A stretch of 64,000 nucleotides of DNA from Oikopleura dioica. Lineage: Eukaryota > Animalia > Chordata. Shown here piece by piece: positions 49,901-60,668 of the stretch. The notes beneath the pieces were generated by a model. It searched no databases and was not told the origin of the DNA. It saw only the letters and a program-made list of their open reading frames with translations. Position numbers and translations under genes: made by a program. The DNA lies in NCBI GenBank assembly GCA_907165135.1, contig OU015566.1:11842001-11906000 (forward strand). Direction: 5' to 3'. Positions within the stretch are counted from its first letter, which is position 1, and every line of letters begins with the position of its first letter.

Positions 49901-52900
49901 ACCATCATTACGGGCTCTAAAAGTTTTGACGTATCGATGGAAGTCGACAGCGGAGCCGAGTCCTCCTGTCTGTCCGCTGCTTACGTTCCCGACAAATTTC
50001 TCCAGATGCTGAAGCCCTGCCCCTTCAAGGTCACCGGTTTCAGCCCAAATATCCCCGCCGAGCAGCCGAGGGGTATCCTTCCCTGCCGCTTATCATTCAA
50101 TGGTGGCCCTGCATTCTCCTTGAATCTCACCATCATGCCAGGCAGTAAATACCCAAGTCTACTGGGCCGCGATATACTAGAGAATGCGATGACGGACAGC
50201 TTCACAGTCGACAATAAGAATCGTACTCTCTCATTTTGCTACAACGAAGCCTTCACACAAACTGAGACTCAAGTGGTGAAGCTGGACGGAGTGAAGCGGA
50301 CCAAAATCAAGAAATACTTGACGACTAGATCAGCGGTCAAAGACAGCGATCGGTCCCGCACTCAACCACCACGAGAAGTCCCAAAGCTGGACGCGCCGAA
50401 CAAGAACGCAGCCAGGTGCCCCATTCAGCTAGCGAAGCAAAAACTCGGAATAACCCTACCAGCAGACGCAGACCCGGGGCAAAAGAAGATGGTCGCCGAG
50501 CTGTGTTTGGAATTCGACGACAGATTCGGCTGCGACGGTCAAAAAATGGGTGAATTCCCGTTCGAGATCGAAATCCCGACTGATGGTACGAGTCGAAACA
50601 TCAGTCAACACCCGATTCCGCAAGCTTTTCATGGTCAGGTCAGCGATCACATCTCCGAACTGCTCGAAACGAAAATAATAGAAGAGATCAAAGACCAGAA
50701 AGGGTTTAACAGCCCGGTATTGCCTATTCCTAAGAAATCTGGGGAAATGCGCTTCTGCATCAACTACAAAAACAGCCTGAACAAATGCCTCTCCGACAAA
50801 TCCGACCCTTACCATCTCCCAAGCATGGAGGATACGATTGCGAACATTGGACCGGGCAATAAGTTTTTCGCCACAGTTGATCTACGAAGTGGATATTGGC
50901 AGTGCCCTGTAAAGAAAAGCGACAGGTACAAGACTTCCTTCCAGTGGGGTGGGAAATCTTACGCCTTCTGCAGACTACCATTCGGTTATCGATGCTCGGG
51001 GAATATATTCTCGCGCGTCGTAAACACAATTCTCGACTCAAGCCCCACCAGGAAAAAGATGCTTTCTTATATCGATGACATAGTGTGTTTTGGGAAGACT
51101 TTCAGCTGCTATTACAACACTCTCCGAAACCTATTCATCGCGCTCCGCAAGTTTAACGCTAAACTCAAGGGCGAAAAGTGCTCTTTCCTACAATCCGAAG
51201 CTCACTTTTGGGCCGAATCATCAACGAAGATGGAATCAAACCGGACCCTGCGCAAGTCTCCGCTCTTCGTCAGATGAAACCCCCACGCTCCCAAAAGGAG
51301 TTAGCTTCATTAATCGGGTCATTGAATTGGATCCGAGGTTTTCTAGAAACGAAAATGGGCGAAGCTATTTCATCCGGTTGCTTCTCGAGCAGAATGAAGC
51401 CCATAAACGATGTTCGAAATTCGGCGAACGAAACAAATTGTTTCAAGTGGACCAAAGAAGCGGATTTGGCGCTCAAGGAAATTCAACGACGACTCTCCGA
51501 GACTCCAGTCATAAGTTTTCCTAACTTTGACGAGTCTTTTCATCTCTACACAGACGCGAGCCTGTACGCAGCGGGTGGCGTCCTGCTACAAGAGTATGGC
51601 GGGAGAGTGCACCTAGTAAGCGCGATTTCCCACACCTTCAACAAAGCTGAAAGAAAATGGAACACTTCAGAAAAGGAAATGTTTAGCATTGTCTGGTGCT
51701 GCGAGCGACTGGAAAAGCTCCTGAAAGGTAGATTCTTTCAGATTCACACAGACCACCGATCTTTGATCTTCCTACACAAAAAGAAGTTCAAGAATTCTAA
51801 AATAAGCCGATGGCAAAGCCGATTGGAAGAATTCGATTTTCACATTGTCTACATCAAGGGATCAGAAAATCAATTCGCCGACTTTATGAGCCGCAGACCT
51901 GGCGAGGACGACAAATCACTTGGATACGACTCTGAGTTTCCCGTTGGTCGCGAGTACGAAATCGACAAGAATTCACCAGTACGTGTCTTCGTCCCTTTCT
52001 GGAACGAAAATCAGTTTCCGGAGAAAATCACTTTATCAGAGGTGAAGATACATAAGGTAAACGTCAAGGCTATCGCGGCGCCAATGGAGATTCCGTTGGT
52101 GTCAGCGAATTATAATAACATTCTGGACTATCAAAGGGAGGACTCTGCTCTGAGTGCAATCATCACTTTTCTGGAATCTGGTAAGGAGCCACTGGACATA
52201 AAATCGCTGGTGAAGGACTCCGACCACCGACAATCGTCTCTACTCAAGATGGAAAAAGCTCTGTTCCTGGATAACACTACCGGGTGCTTGATGTGTCAAT
52301 TCAAATCTGGCGCGCGGGCGGTGGTACCGGAAGCGGTAAAAAGTCACTTTCTCTTTCTAGCTCACGACTTGTCCGGTCATCTGGGCGAGCCGCGGACTTT
52401 AGAGCGATTAGAGGACGTTTGGTGGCCTTCATTTCAAGACGATGTTTCTAACTACGTCCACAGCTGCGTCCCTTGCCTACGCAGAAAAGGATCTGCTGGA
52501 ACTCGTACCAAACCGCCACTTGGAACCCTTCGTCGTGGAAAAACAGCTGGCGAATCGATTCAGATCGATTTCGCTTGTATGCCTCCCGCTGGCGGATTCA
52601 AGTATTATTTGGTGGTGGCGGACACTTTCTCTCGCTACACTTGGTGCATTCCGACGCGGTCCGACACTGCTATCTGCGCTGCAAAAGCGCTCATCTACAA
52701 GGTCTTCCTTCCCATGGATTTCTTGCCGAAACATCTACACAGTGACAGAGGTACCCACTTCTGCGCAAGCGTGATTGACGAAATGTGTAAGCTTAACCAG
52801 ATAAAACATACAATAAGTACCGCATTTCACCCTCAATCAAACGCTTTCGCAGAAAGAGCGAATCGGACTATCAAAAACAGTCTATTCTGCATGGTCAACT

Positions 52901-55900
52901 CATCTTCCGGTCGAAAAACTTGGGCCGACTGCGTTCCCCACGTGATGCGCGCGCTCAATAGTGTGAAAAACAAAAGCACGAAAATTTCACCGCGAGAAGT
53001 TTGGTTTGGCCGAAAAAGTACTTTCACCCACTCTACTGGCGCAGAAATGACAGCGGAAACACCTCAGGTGTTTGGTCTCAATGTGGGAGCTTTAGCGAAA
53101 TCGGCGGAAGCCATTGTGAAAACTGCGATGGAAGCTGCTGACCGAGCCATGGAGCACAGGCTGAAAAACGAGCCTAAGCCGAGACCAATCCCCGCTGGCG
53201 CTGTCGTGTACATTAAGCGAGAAAACCTGACCGACGCTAAAAGCAAGAAGGAACGCTGGGTAGGTCCCCTGAAAGCCGTTTCGAGCAACGACTGGGTCGT
53301 CATGGTCGAAGATAAAAAAGGACAACGTGATTTCATCCATCGAGAACACGTGGTTCACGCCGCAGAACGAAATCACGACTTACGCTGGATTGATTACTAC
53401 GAGGCCGAGTACGTATTCCCACATTTAACCGAAATCGTTAAGTCGAAAGTCCCACAAAAATCGCCTGTTCCTACTTCCAAACCGATGGAAAAGTCCGGGT
53501 CGAAGTCGCATGGGGGGAGGAAATCTTCTCAGGTCGCGTCGACTCCGATGGTTGCTATGGAAAAACCGCCAAGATCATCTCTATCACCTATTTTGGAAAG
53601 TAGACGCCGATTGGACATGGAAAATCTGGGAGATACAACCGCTACATCTATTTTGGACTCGTCGGTAGCTCCAGCCGAGCCGTCAGATCGCTGGTACTCT
53701 GGTGGTACTCTTTATGAAACTGCCGAGGACATGTCAGCTGATGCTACAGTGATTTCGGAGGTTGCTGCGCCCGACAATAGCCATATGTCAGTCGATAAAC
53801 AAAATTCAACAGTAGTTGAGGGCTCAGCAACTGAAAACAGCAAGAAAAGAACCCGTCCAAAGTCTTCACCAGATCGTCAATACTCAGCCGGCGCCGATCC
53901 GAATGCGACTTTAACCGAAGTTGGAGCAGCTCATCTCCCGAAACATACAAAACGAGCACACCGTGAAACGAGGCCCGTCGAACCTCTAAACATCGGCACA
54001 AACTCGGGTCAGTCATACGACTAAGCGCAAGTACTGCCCCACTCAGGTCCCCTATTCATCGACCGGGGCCTGAAAAGGTACGGAAATTATCACAGTTTAC
54101 CGTCGCCGACGTATTTTGAGTTCTTCTACATGTGCAGCTACTCCTTCATGTCATCACCGCTCGGACATCACGAAAACTTCGCATCTGATTCAAGCTTTTT
54201 CCCAAAAAAGGGTTTTTTAACGCGAATCAGACTGCCTCGACGTTTCGAACCTGCCATGTTACTCATCTTACGCTTATACTCCTGCAAAAATCACACACTT
54301 TGGCCTTAGAGGACGTTTCAGTCTCATGGGGGGTATTGGGATCTTAGATTCGTTAGACTCCCTCGTCCCCTAAGGTCACTTGCTTATCTAGATCGAGCTT
54401 TGCTCGGTCGCCGCCGTGTATTTCTCTCCATTCGGTAATTCACGCAGTTCGTGAATTAACCTCTATTTTACTCCAGCTCGAAATACAGACGTCAAAGATA
54501 CTTTACTCGTTTTCTTCACTCGTCCAGATATAGAGAGCAGGCAAACTACGCTAGAAGTGGGAGATTCAGCAGAAGCTAGGATCCCTTCACTCGTCCTGGC
54601 GCAAAGTGGCCCATTGTCATCATCGAAACTTATTATTTTTATTTTCGAAAGAAAAAAAACTCTCTTACCTTCGCTTGTTTTTTCGTTTATCACAGCAACG
54701 GCGTTGTCTTTTGTTCCAACAAGGATCTTTCCTTTGACTCGGGCAACAGCTTTGACAGTTACGCTTTCTTTAGCGTCGTTCTCGATTGGAACATGGAAGC
54801 TCTTGCATTTCTTCATCTGACTATCCCAAAGCTTAATTGCGCCGGAGGAAGACTTTTCTTTGCCACCGGTCACGATCAATCCGTCTTTCAAAGTCGTGAA
54901 CATGGCAAAAACGGGACCATTGTGAGCTCGTTCGATGATTCTTTGCGCGTTTGAACCTTGCCAGACGATGACAGCTCCAGTTGCCATTCCAGTAAAAGTC
55001 ATATCGTCAGTGCCAAACGCCAAGCTCAAACATGTGCCGACTTGATTGAGGTTCAGACAACCTGGCTGGGCTTTTTTACAAAGCAAGACAGAACCAGCAA
55101 TTTGCCAGAAAAATAGAGCGCGTTCACCGACAGTCACGAATTTCGAATCAGAATCTGGTCGGAAATCTGCTTGGAAAATTTGACGAGGACCGGAGCATTT
55201 CGATGCAACTTTCTGGCCAGTTTGCCAGCGGTAAACGGAAACTGTGTGTTCGGAATCGAGTGACGCGGCGAGGATGAGCTTTCCAGATCCAGAGAAAGAG
55301 ACTGCGGATACTCCTCCTGAGAGACCAGAGATGATCGAAAGCGTCTCGGTAGTTGACTCATTGTCGTCGATATTCCAGACATGAACGCTTCCTCCAAGTT
55401 GACCAGTAGCGACTACAGATCTATAGTTTGGATGTTTATTCTGCGTCAGGCAAAGAATATCGTCGGAATGTTGGTCATAGAAGAACTGCTCTTTGGTTTC
55501 CATATCTTGGACGATCGCAACGCCAGCAGCGTGGTAAATGATCCGCGAAATGGTATCAGGGCCAGTAGCAGAGAGTTGAAAGTCCAGATTACAGCGAGCA
55601 TCATATCCTCGATAGCCGAAAACATGCTTGAGTGCGAGAGTGTCGATTTTATTGTCATCTTCTGAGTTGAAATTCGCCATGAAGTTGAGCTCGTCGCCTC
55701 CACGGGCAAAATGCGTCCTAGACTCTATTGGCTCTAGTTCGATTTCAGCTGCGTCGCCCTTGTTACGTCGCTGTTCTCGTCGGTTATCAGAGTTTGTCTG
55801 TCTGTCGTAGTCGATCTTCATCTCTTCGTCGACGTCGCTATCGAAGAAATCATCATCGTCGTCAGTATCTTCGTCATCCGACTCGTGGACTTCCTTGCTT

Positions 55901-58900
55901 TCAGGTCGTTGCCAGATCATCACGGAGGCGTCTAATCCACCAGTGGAAACAAGCTGGCTATCACCTGCTGTAAAGCGAACTTTTGTAATGTGCGAAGAAT
56001 GGCCGGTGTATTTCTTGCATTTCGCGTGCTTTTCCATCGAAGGATACTTGAACAGCTTCACCATTCCAAAATCATCACCAGTAGCGATGATGTTCATATC
56101 TCGATCAGTGCAGGCAGTGTTAATGTCTGTAACATTCGTATATGCAGGCCAGATTCCCTCAACTTCTGGACCTAGAACAGACGTCCACAGATGCCAGGAC
56201 ATCTTCGCAATGGTTGCTTTATCAGGAGTGATTCGCTTGCAGCTTGGAATTTCATAGAACAATCGCTCGCTTGCGCCGGAGTTTATTTGAATGATTTTGC
56301 CATCGGTAGTCCAATCTACGTGAGTAATGTAGCTAGAGCTTCCCTTGCAAATTCCGATTCGTTTCTTCTTCTGGATCGAGTAAACATCGACGAAGTTTTC
56401 GTGACTGCCAACAGCGACGAATCTGCCAAAAGGATCAAACTTGACATCCGAAATATTCTGCTTTCTATGTTGGAATTCTTTCACAATTTCCAGTGATTCT
56501 GCCTCAAGAAGCATGACTGAACCATCAAGGAAGCCAGCAACAATGATAGTTCCGTCGGGAGAGTAAGTAAGAGCTCGTCCAGCTTTGCCAAGCTCTTTTG
56601 CTGCGGTCATCTTTTGGTTTTCCACATCCCATACTCGAATGCTCTTATCGTCAGAAATCGTAGCAACGACTTGTTCCTCTGGATGAGTGGCCAAGCCCCA
56701 AACTTCGCCCTGCGCGTGTCCTTGGACGAGAACTTTGATCGGTCCTTCCTTGTCAAGTTCCATCAGCTCACCGTTCTTTGTACCAGCGATAAGGAAGTCG
56801 TCTCCCATGATGATTGTTCGAATCGATGGATTATCCGCAATTAGAGGACCATGCGAGTCTTCGGAGACATTTTCCGCTTTGACCTCGTAATCTCGTTGCT
56901 TCTCGGTCATGTCCTGGTCCCAGAGATAAATCCATCCGTTCTTTCCTCCGGAGAGAAAACCCTCTGGCAACTTGCAAAGCGTAAACACAGGGCCTTCATG
57001 TGAGTCGACGACTCGCTGGAGTTGATTTCCCTGCCAGCAGTAAATCTTTCCATTTTGCCCTCCTGAATAGAAGATGCCCTCGTCTTCGCCATGAGTGCCG
57101 CAGAGATGTGAAGTTGTTTCTCCGTTTGAGCCGCAGATACCTCGCTTTCCTTCAGCGCTAGCGCCAACAATCTTCCAGAACTTGATATGCTTGACTCCAG
57201 TGGACACAAATTTCAACGGATCATGTGGATCAGAGAGGACGCAGAAGACCTTGTCTTTCGACCCGTTGACCTTGGAAACGCATTCTCCTCGACGCCAGTC
57301 CCAAACAGCTATAACATGCTCGTCCGAGAGACCCACTGACAATAGTCGTTTTCCGTCAGAGGTAAAATCCAATGCACATACGCCCCGTTCGTGAACGCCG
57401 TTGAAGATCGAGATGGTCTGCATCGTGAGAGCATCCCAAACATGAATGGCTGGGTTACGCCCGATTTGACCAGTGGCGACAATGTCCTTTAGAAATGGTT
57501 AAAAAAGTGTGTTGAAGAAGAGTAGTCTGAATTGGGTTACCGCTCCGCGCGGCCTCGCTACATTGATCTCACATCGCTGGTCACCGGCTAATCCCAATCC
57601 TACTCGACACAACTGTCCCTCCCGAAGGAGATCGTCCAGGAAATGTGACGAGCGGAGAAACAATTTCTGGTTCCCGGTAGTGTCTTCCGACACCAGTCCC
57701 ATCACGAGACTAACCAGCCAGGGTGAACCTGACTGGTGACCTCTCAGACCTTCCCCGGGTGCAAATAGCCCCCGCCAGCAAGCTTACTTCGACGGCAATG
57801 ACGGTTTATTTCGCGGTTTATAAATTGAATATCGCCGGGAGCTAGTAAGCTGGGGTGTTATGGTCCCCATTTCCATCAAAGTTGGGGATGCGAAATTTGG
57901 GGTTAATTTGAAAACTGAGCACCATAACACCACCCCCACCAAGAAATCCCCCGATTTTCCTTTATAAGCCCCAAAATTGACCCTTCTCCCCCATCAAGGC
58001 CGGAAGGTTCGCTGTCCGGGGCCGTTTCGGCGGCACCGGGGGAAAGTCCCCAGTCCCGTGGCGGAGAGCGCCCATCCCGAATCTGGGATGAACGCTGCGT
58101 AGAGCCGAGCAAAGGCAGCGGTGACGGACTTGTCCGTAGCTGACGGTGAGGTAGCGTACTCGACACGAGCGAAAGTTATGCGAACAGCCCGAAAATGGTT
58201 TGGGTGAACTCAATGGGGCTTACTCTTCGGACTTGTATCTTTTTTACCATTTTCCTTGGTTGGGTGGAGAGTCAGGGATAGAATATCATCTGTGTGTCCA
58301 TAATAAAATCTTTGCGAATGCTCCTCTCGGTTGTAAACGATTCCAAGAGCTGCGGAGTGAAAGACGATTTCGCCAGCTTGAGTGTATTTGACGTTCTCTC
58401 GGCAATCGTGGCCTCTGTAACCTGCACACCATTTCAAAGTCAGACTGTTCTCTGGTGCACTTGGGCGCTTTTGGGAAACTCCTTCAGTTTTGGTGCTCTC
58501 GGACTTGAGTTGAATAATGTCTTCGTTGTACAGATCACGGGAATAAGTTTCTTCCATTTCCGCTTCCAGATCTGAGTCTACGTCGCGATCTGGATCGGAT
58601 GAATCCGAATCCTCTGAATTAGAATCGATACCAGAGTTCGAAGCAATGTCATCATCGTCGCCTTCGACAACTTCTACACCTTCGTCAATGCTTTCAGAGT
58701 CACCGACGAGCTTCCATTGAAAGAGAGCATGATCGGCGCCGCCAGTTGTAAGTAGATAATTTCCATCTAGAGTCCAGCGCACATTCGTAACATGCGCAGA
58801 GTGACCATTGTACTTTCTGAACTTGGCGCCACGCTTGGAAGCTGGGTAACGGAAGAGCTTCACGAGACCGAAGTCGTCTCCGGTCGCGATTAGGTCGTTT

Positions 58901-60489
58901 TCGCCACGCTTGTCTACCGAGTTGACATCGTTCAATTGAGAGTACTTCGGAAAAACTCCATCCACGTTTTCACCAACGACGCCTGTCGTCGTCGCCCATT
59001 CCAAGCCTCCAAGAACTTCTGAATCAGTCACGTGTTCACCACTAGCATCGTAAATTAATCGCTCTCCCGCTCCGTCACAAGCAGCGATGTGAGAAGAATC
59101 AGCTGACCAGTCAAGTTGAGTGATAAACGAGCTAGCCTTCGCACCAACAGCCGTATCAGCGTAATCATCGGCGACGGTGTAAATGTCGATCTTGTTGTCG
59201 TTCGATCCGACCGCGAGGAATTCACCAGATGGCGAAAATGCGCAACAATGACGGGCTTGTTTTCGATCATGAATGGCTTTCACCTCGCTCATGTCCTCCG
59301 CGTTGTAGATTTTCAGCGAGCCATCTTTGAAACCAACGGCGATGGTGGAACCATCAGGTGACCAGCAACAGCTTCGAGCTTCAGCCTCAGCGTAAGCGAC
59401 CAGACTTAGCTCGTGAGCTTCCAAATCCCAAACGCGAATTGATTTATCATCAGAAGCTGTCACCGCTTTCATTTCTTCCGGATGCGAGGCGAGGCCCCAA
59501 AGTTCTCCTTCCGAATGCGCTCGAGTAATCCAGGTGATTTCTTCATGATCAGCGTTGAGAACAAGAACATCAGATTGAGATGTTCCTACGAGAATTTCAC
59601 CATCGTCGTTGATGCTCAAAGATCGAATGTAACTAGTCGCTAGTTCGGCTTCTAGCTCTCCAAGTTCGATCTTCTTCGTGATTTCCAACTCGTTGTCGAG
59701 CATAATGATGCAACCAAATTTTCCACCAGCGATGTATCCGTCAGCGTAGGAGTGAATTGAGTAAATTGGTCCAGGCGCAGCGTTCGGAAGGGATTTGACG
59801 AGGTTATTTCCTTCCCATGAGTAGATGGATCCGTCCATCGTTCCGGACAAGACTCGGCCAGTTTCGTTTTCACGAGTGACACAAAGAACAGTTTGAAGGG
59901 ACCCGTTGTCTCCAAAGACACCTCGTTTCGACTTGAGCGTGTTTCCCATCAAGTTCCAGACCTTGATATGCTTCACGCCGACTGTATAAAAGCTTCCATC
60001 GTTGTTTGGCGTGAAGCAAGAGTCGAAAATGCGATCCGAATGGCCGGAAACGATACAGAGTTGCCTCGCCGATTCCCAGTCCCAAATTGCAACGAGACTT
60101 TTTGGGTCAATCCCAACTGAGAGAACTCTACTCCCGCATGTAGAAAAACCAACGCTTCCGACACCGTGAGTGTGGGTTCCTTCTTTCTTGAGAACAGATT
60201 TCGTCTTCATCGTCGTGGTATCCCAAATGTTTATTTGGGGATCTTTTCCAGTTTCGCCAGATGCAGCTAGCTTCTTGTTTGGATGCATTGAAAGGCAGAG
60301 AATATCATCATTGTGATGAAGGTAAAAAGCCTGCTTTTGATGATCTTGAGAAAAGACGATTCCAGTCGCTGCAACGAAGTAGACAATGTGGCCTTCTTCA
60401 TTGAAATGGCAGTTCGACCGACACTGGTGGCCTCGGTATCCGTAGACCCAGTTAAGCCGGAGGGATTGATCTGGTACTTTCTTACTCAT
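46912..60489 (-). CDS. EML6: Echinoderm microtubule-associated protein-like 5/6 (triple HELP/WD40); one exon interrupted by an LTR retrotransposon
   Basis: Three HELP motifs (LRLNWVYGYRG, LTLKWCAGYRG, LALKHVFGYRG), WD40 arrays, and GDDFGLVKLF/GDDFGMVKLF...GHSAHVT/GHSSHIT motifs. Removing the element restores MTMGHFAPGR-VNCVCANP. The protein ends ...GGDDQTLFVWDAKTNEE*. Confidence 0.93.
48101..48356 (+). repeat. 5' LTR (256 bp)
   Basis: TATTGGGATC...GGATCCCTTCA. No difference from the 3' LTR found by eye. Confidence 0.97.
48358..48368 (+). other. Primer-binding site, tRNA-iMet-like (TGGTATCAGAG)
   Basis: Begins after a 1-nt spacer following the 5' LTR and starts with TGG (complement of CCA). 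Confidence 0.8.
48872..54024 (+). CDS. Gag-Pol polyprotein split by a 1-nt frameshift within RT
   Basis: Protease VDSGA, RT LPFG...YIDD, RNase H TDAS...E...TDH, integrase H-H-C-C plus D-D-E (IDF, SDRG, AERAN). Adding one T to the run at 51206-51209 joins ORF 48872-51277 to ORF 51178-54024 (...EAHF-LGRII...). Confidence 0.9.
54334..54589 (+). repeat. 3' LTR (256 bp)
   Basis: Same sequence as 48101-48356, preceded by GGGGGG (54328-54333). Confidence 0.97.
57501..57506 (-). terminator. Pol III terminator of RNase P RNA
   Basis: T6 on the minus strand just after P1. It is also within the pyrimidine-rich region of the host intron acceptor. Confidence 0.8.
57511..57793 (-). ncRNA. RPPH1: RNase P RNA (eukaryotic nuclear)
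   Basis: Minus strand carries CR-I GGGAAGGTCTGAGA (57755-57742), a CR-II-like CCAGAAA, a UUCG-capped hairpin, CR-IV GTGAGATCAATG and CR-V AACCCAATTCAGACTACTCT (57538-57519). CR-I and CR-V are identical to human H1 RNA motifs as I recall them. P1 helix is GTCGAAG/CTTCAAC, followed by a T6 terminator. Confidence 0.95.
57818..57967. promoter_or_regulatory. Bidirectional type-3-like Pol III promoter: two divergent PSE-like + TATA modules
   Basis: ACCATAACACC starts at 57921 (+) and 57864 (-). TTTATAA starts at 57961 (+) and 57824 (-). The offset is exactly 40 nt in both modules, and the RNA 5' ends lie about 31-32 nt past the TATA start. Confidence 0.8.
57993..58239 (+). ncRNA. RMRP: RNase MRP RNA
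   Basis: CR-I GGGGAAAGTCCCC (GAAAGTCCCC at 58042-58051), GARAR-type pentaloop hairpin GGCG-GAGAG-CGCC (58060-58072), CR-IV-like AAGTTATGCG, and CR-V CAATGGGGCTTACTCT (58211-58226) able to pair with CR-I. P1 is CAAG.CCGG/TCGG.CTTG, followed by a T6 terminator. Confidence 0.9.
58240..58245 (+). terminator. Pol III terminator of RNase MRP RNA
   Basis: T6 immediately after the P1 3' strand. Confidence 0.8.
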
Positions 60490-60668
60490 CCCCTTTTGAC
60501 TTCTGAAAGAAATCGATGAATGAAAAAAGGGACATTTCTTGCGAGACGGTTTAAATAACAATTATTTATCAGTATCTCAAGCAAGCTGTGGAATATTTGA
60601 CAGTGAACGTTGAAAGAAATAAGGAGCTGTACAAAAAGTTAAACTAAAATATTTATTTTCCTTCGTTT

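Larger units (their letters stand above)
48101..54589 (+). mobile_element. Full-length Ty3/gypsy LTR retrotransposon (Tor-like), no env, very recent insertion
   Basis: Identical 256-bp LTRs (48101-48356, 54334-54589), 4-bp TSD CTCG (48097-48100, 54590-54593), PBS at 48358, G6 tract before the 3' LTR, and domain order gag-PR-RT-RH-IN. Confidence 0.97.

Noticed and set aside
54463-54668. C-terminal extension of the 986-aa EML ORF
   Set aside because: Read-through of a short intron and then into the 3' LTR, so it is not the real protein end.
57849-57937. GGTGTTATGGT...ACCATAACACC read at first as a tiny MITE
   Set aside because: Better explained as two divergent PSE-like elements, each exactly 40 nt from a TATA box that precedes an ncRNA.
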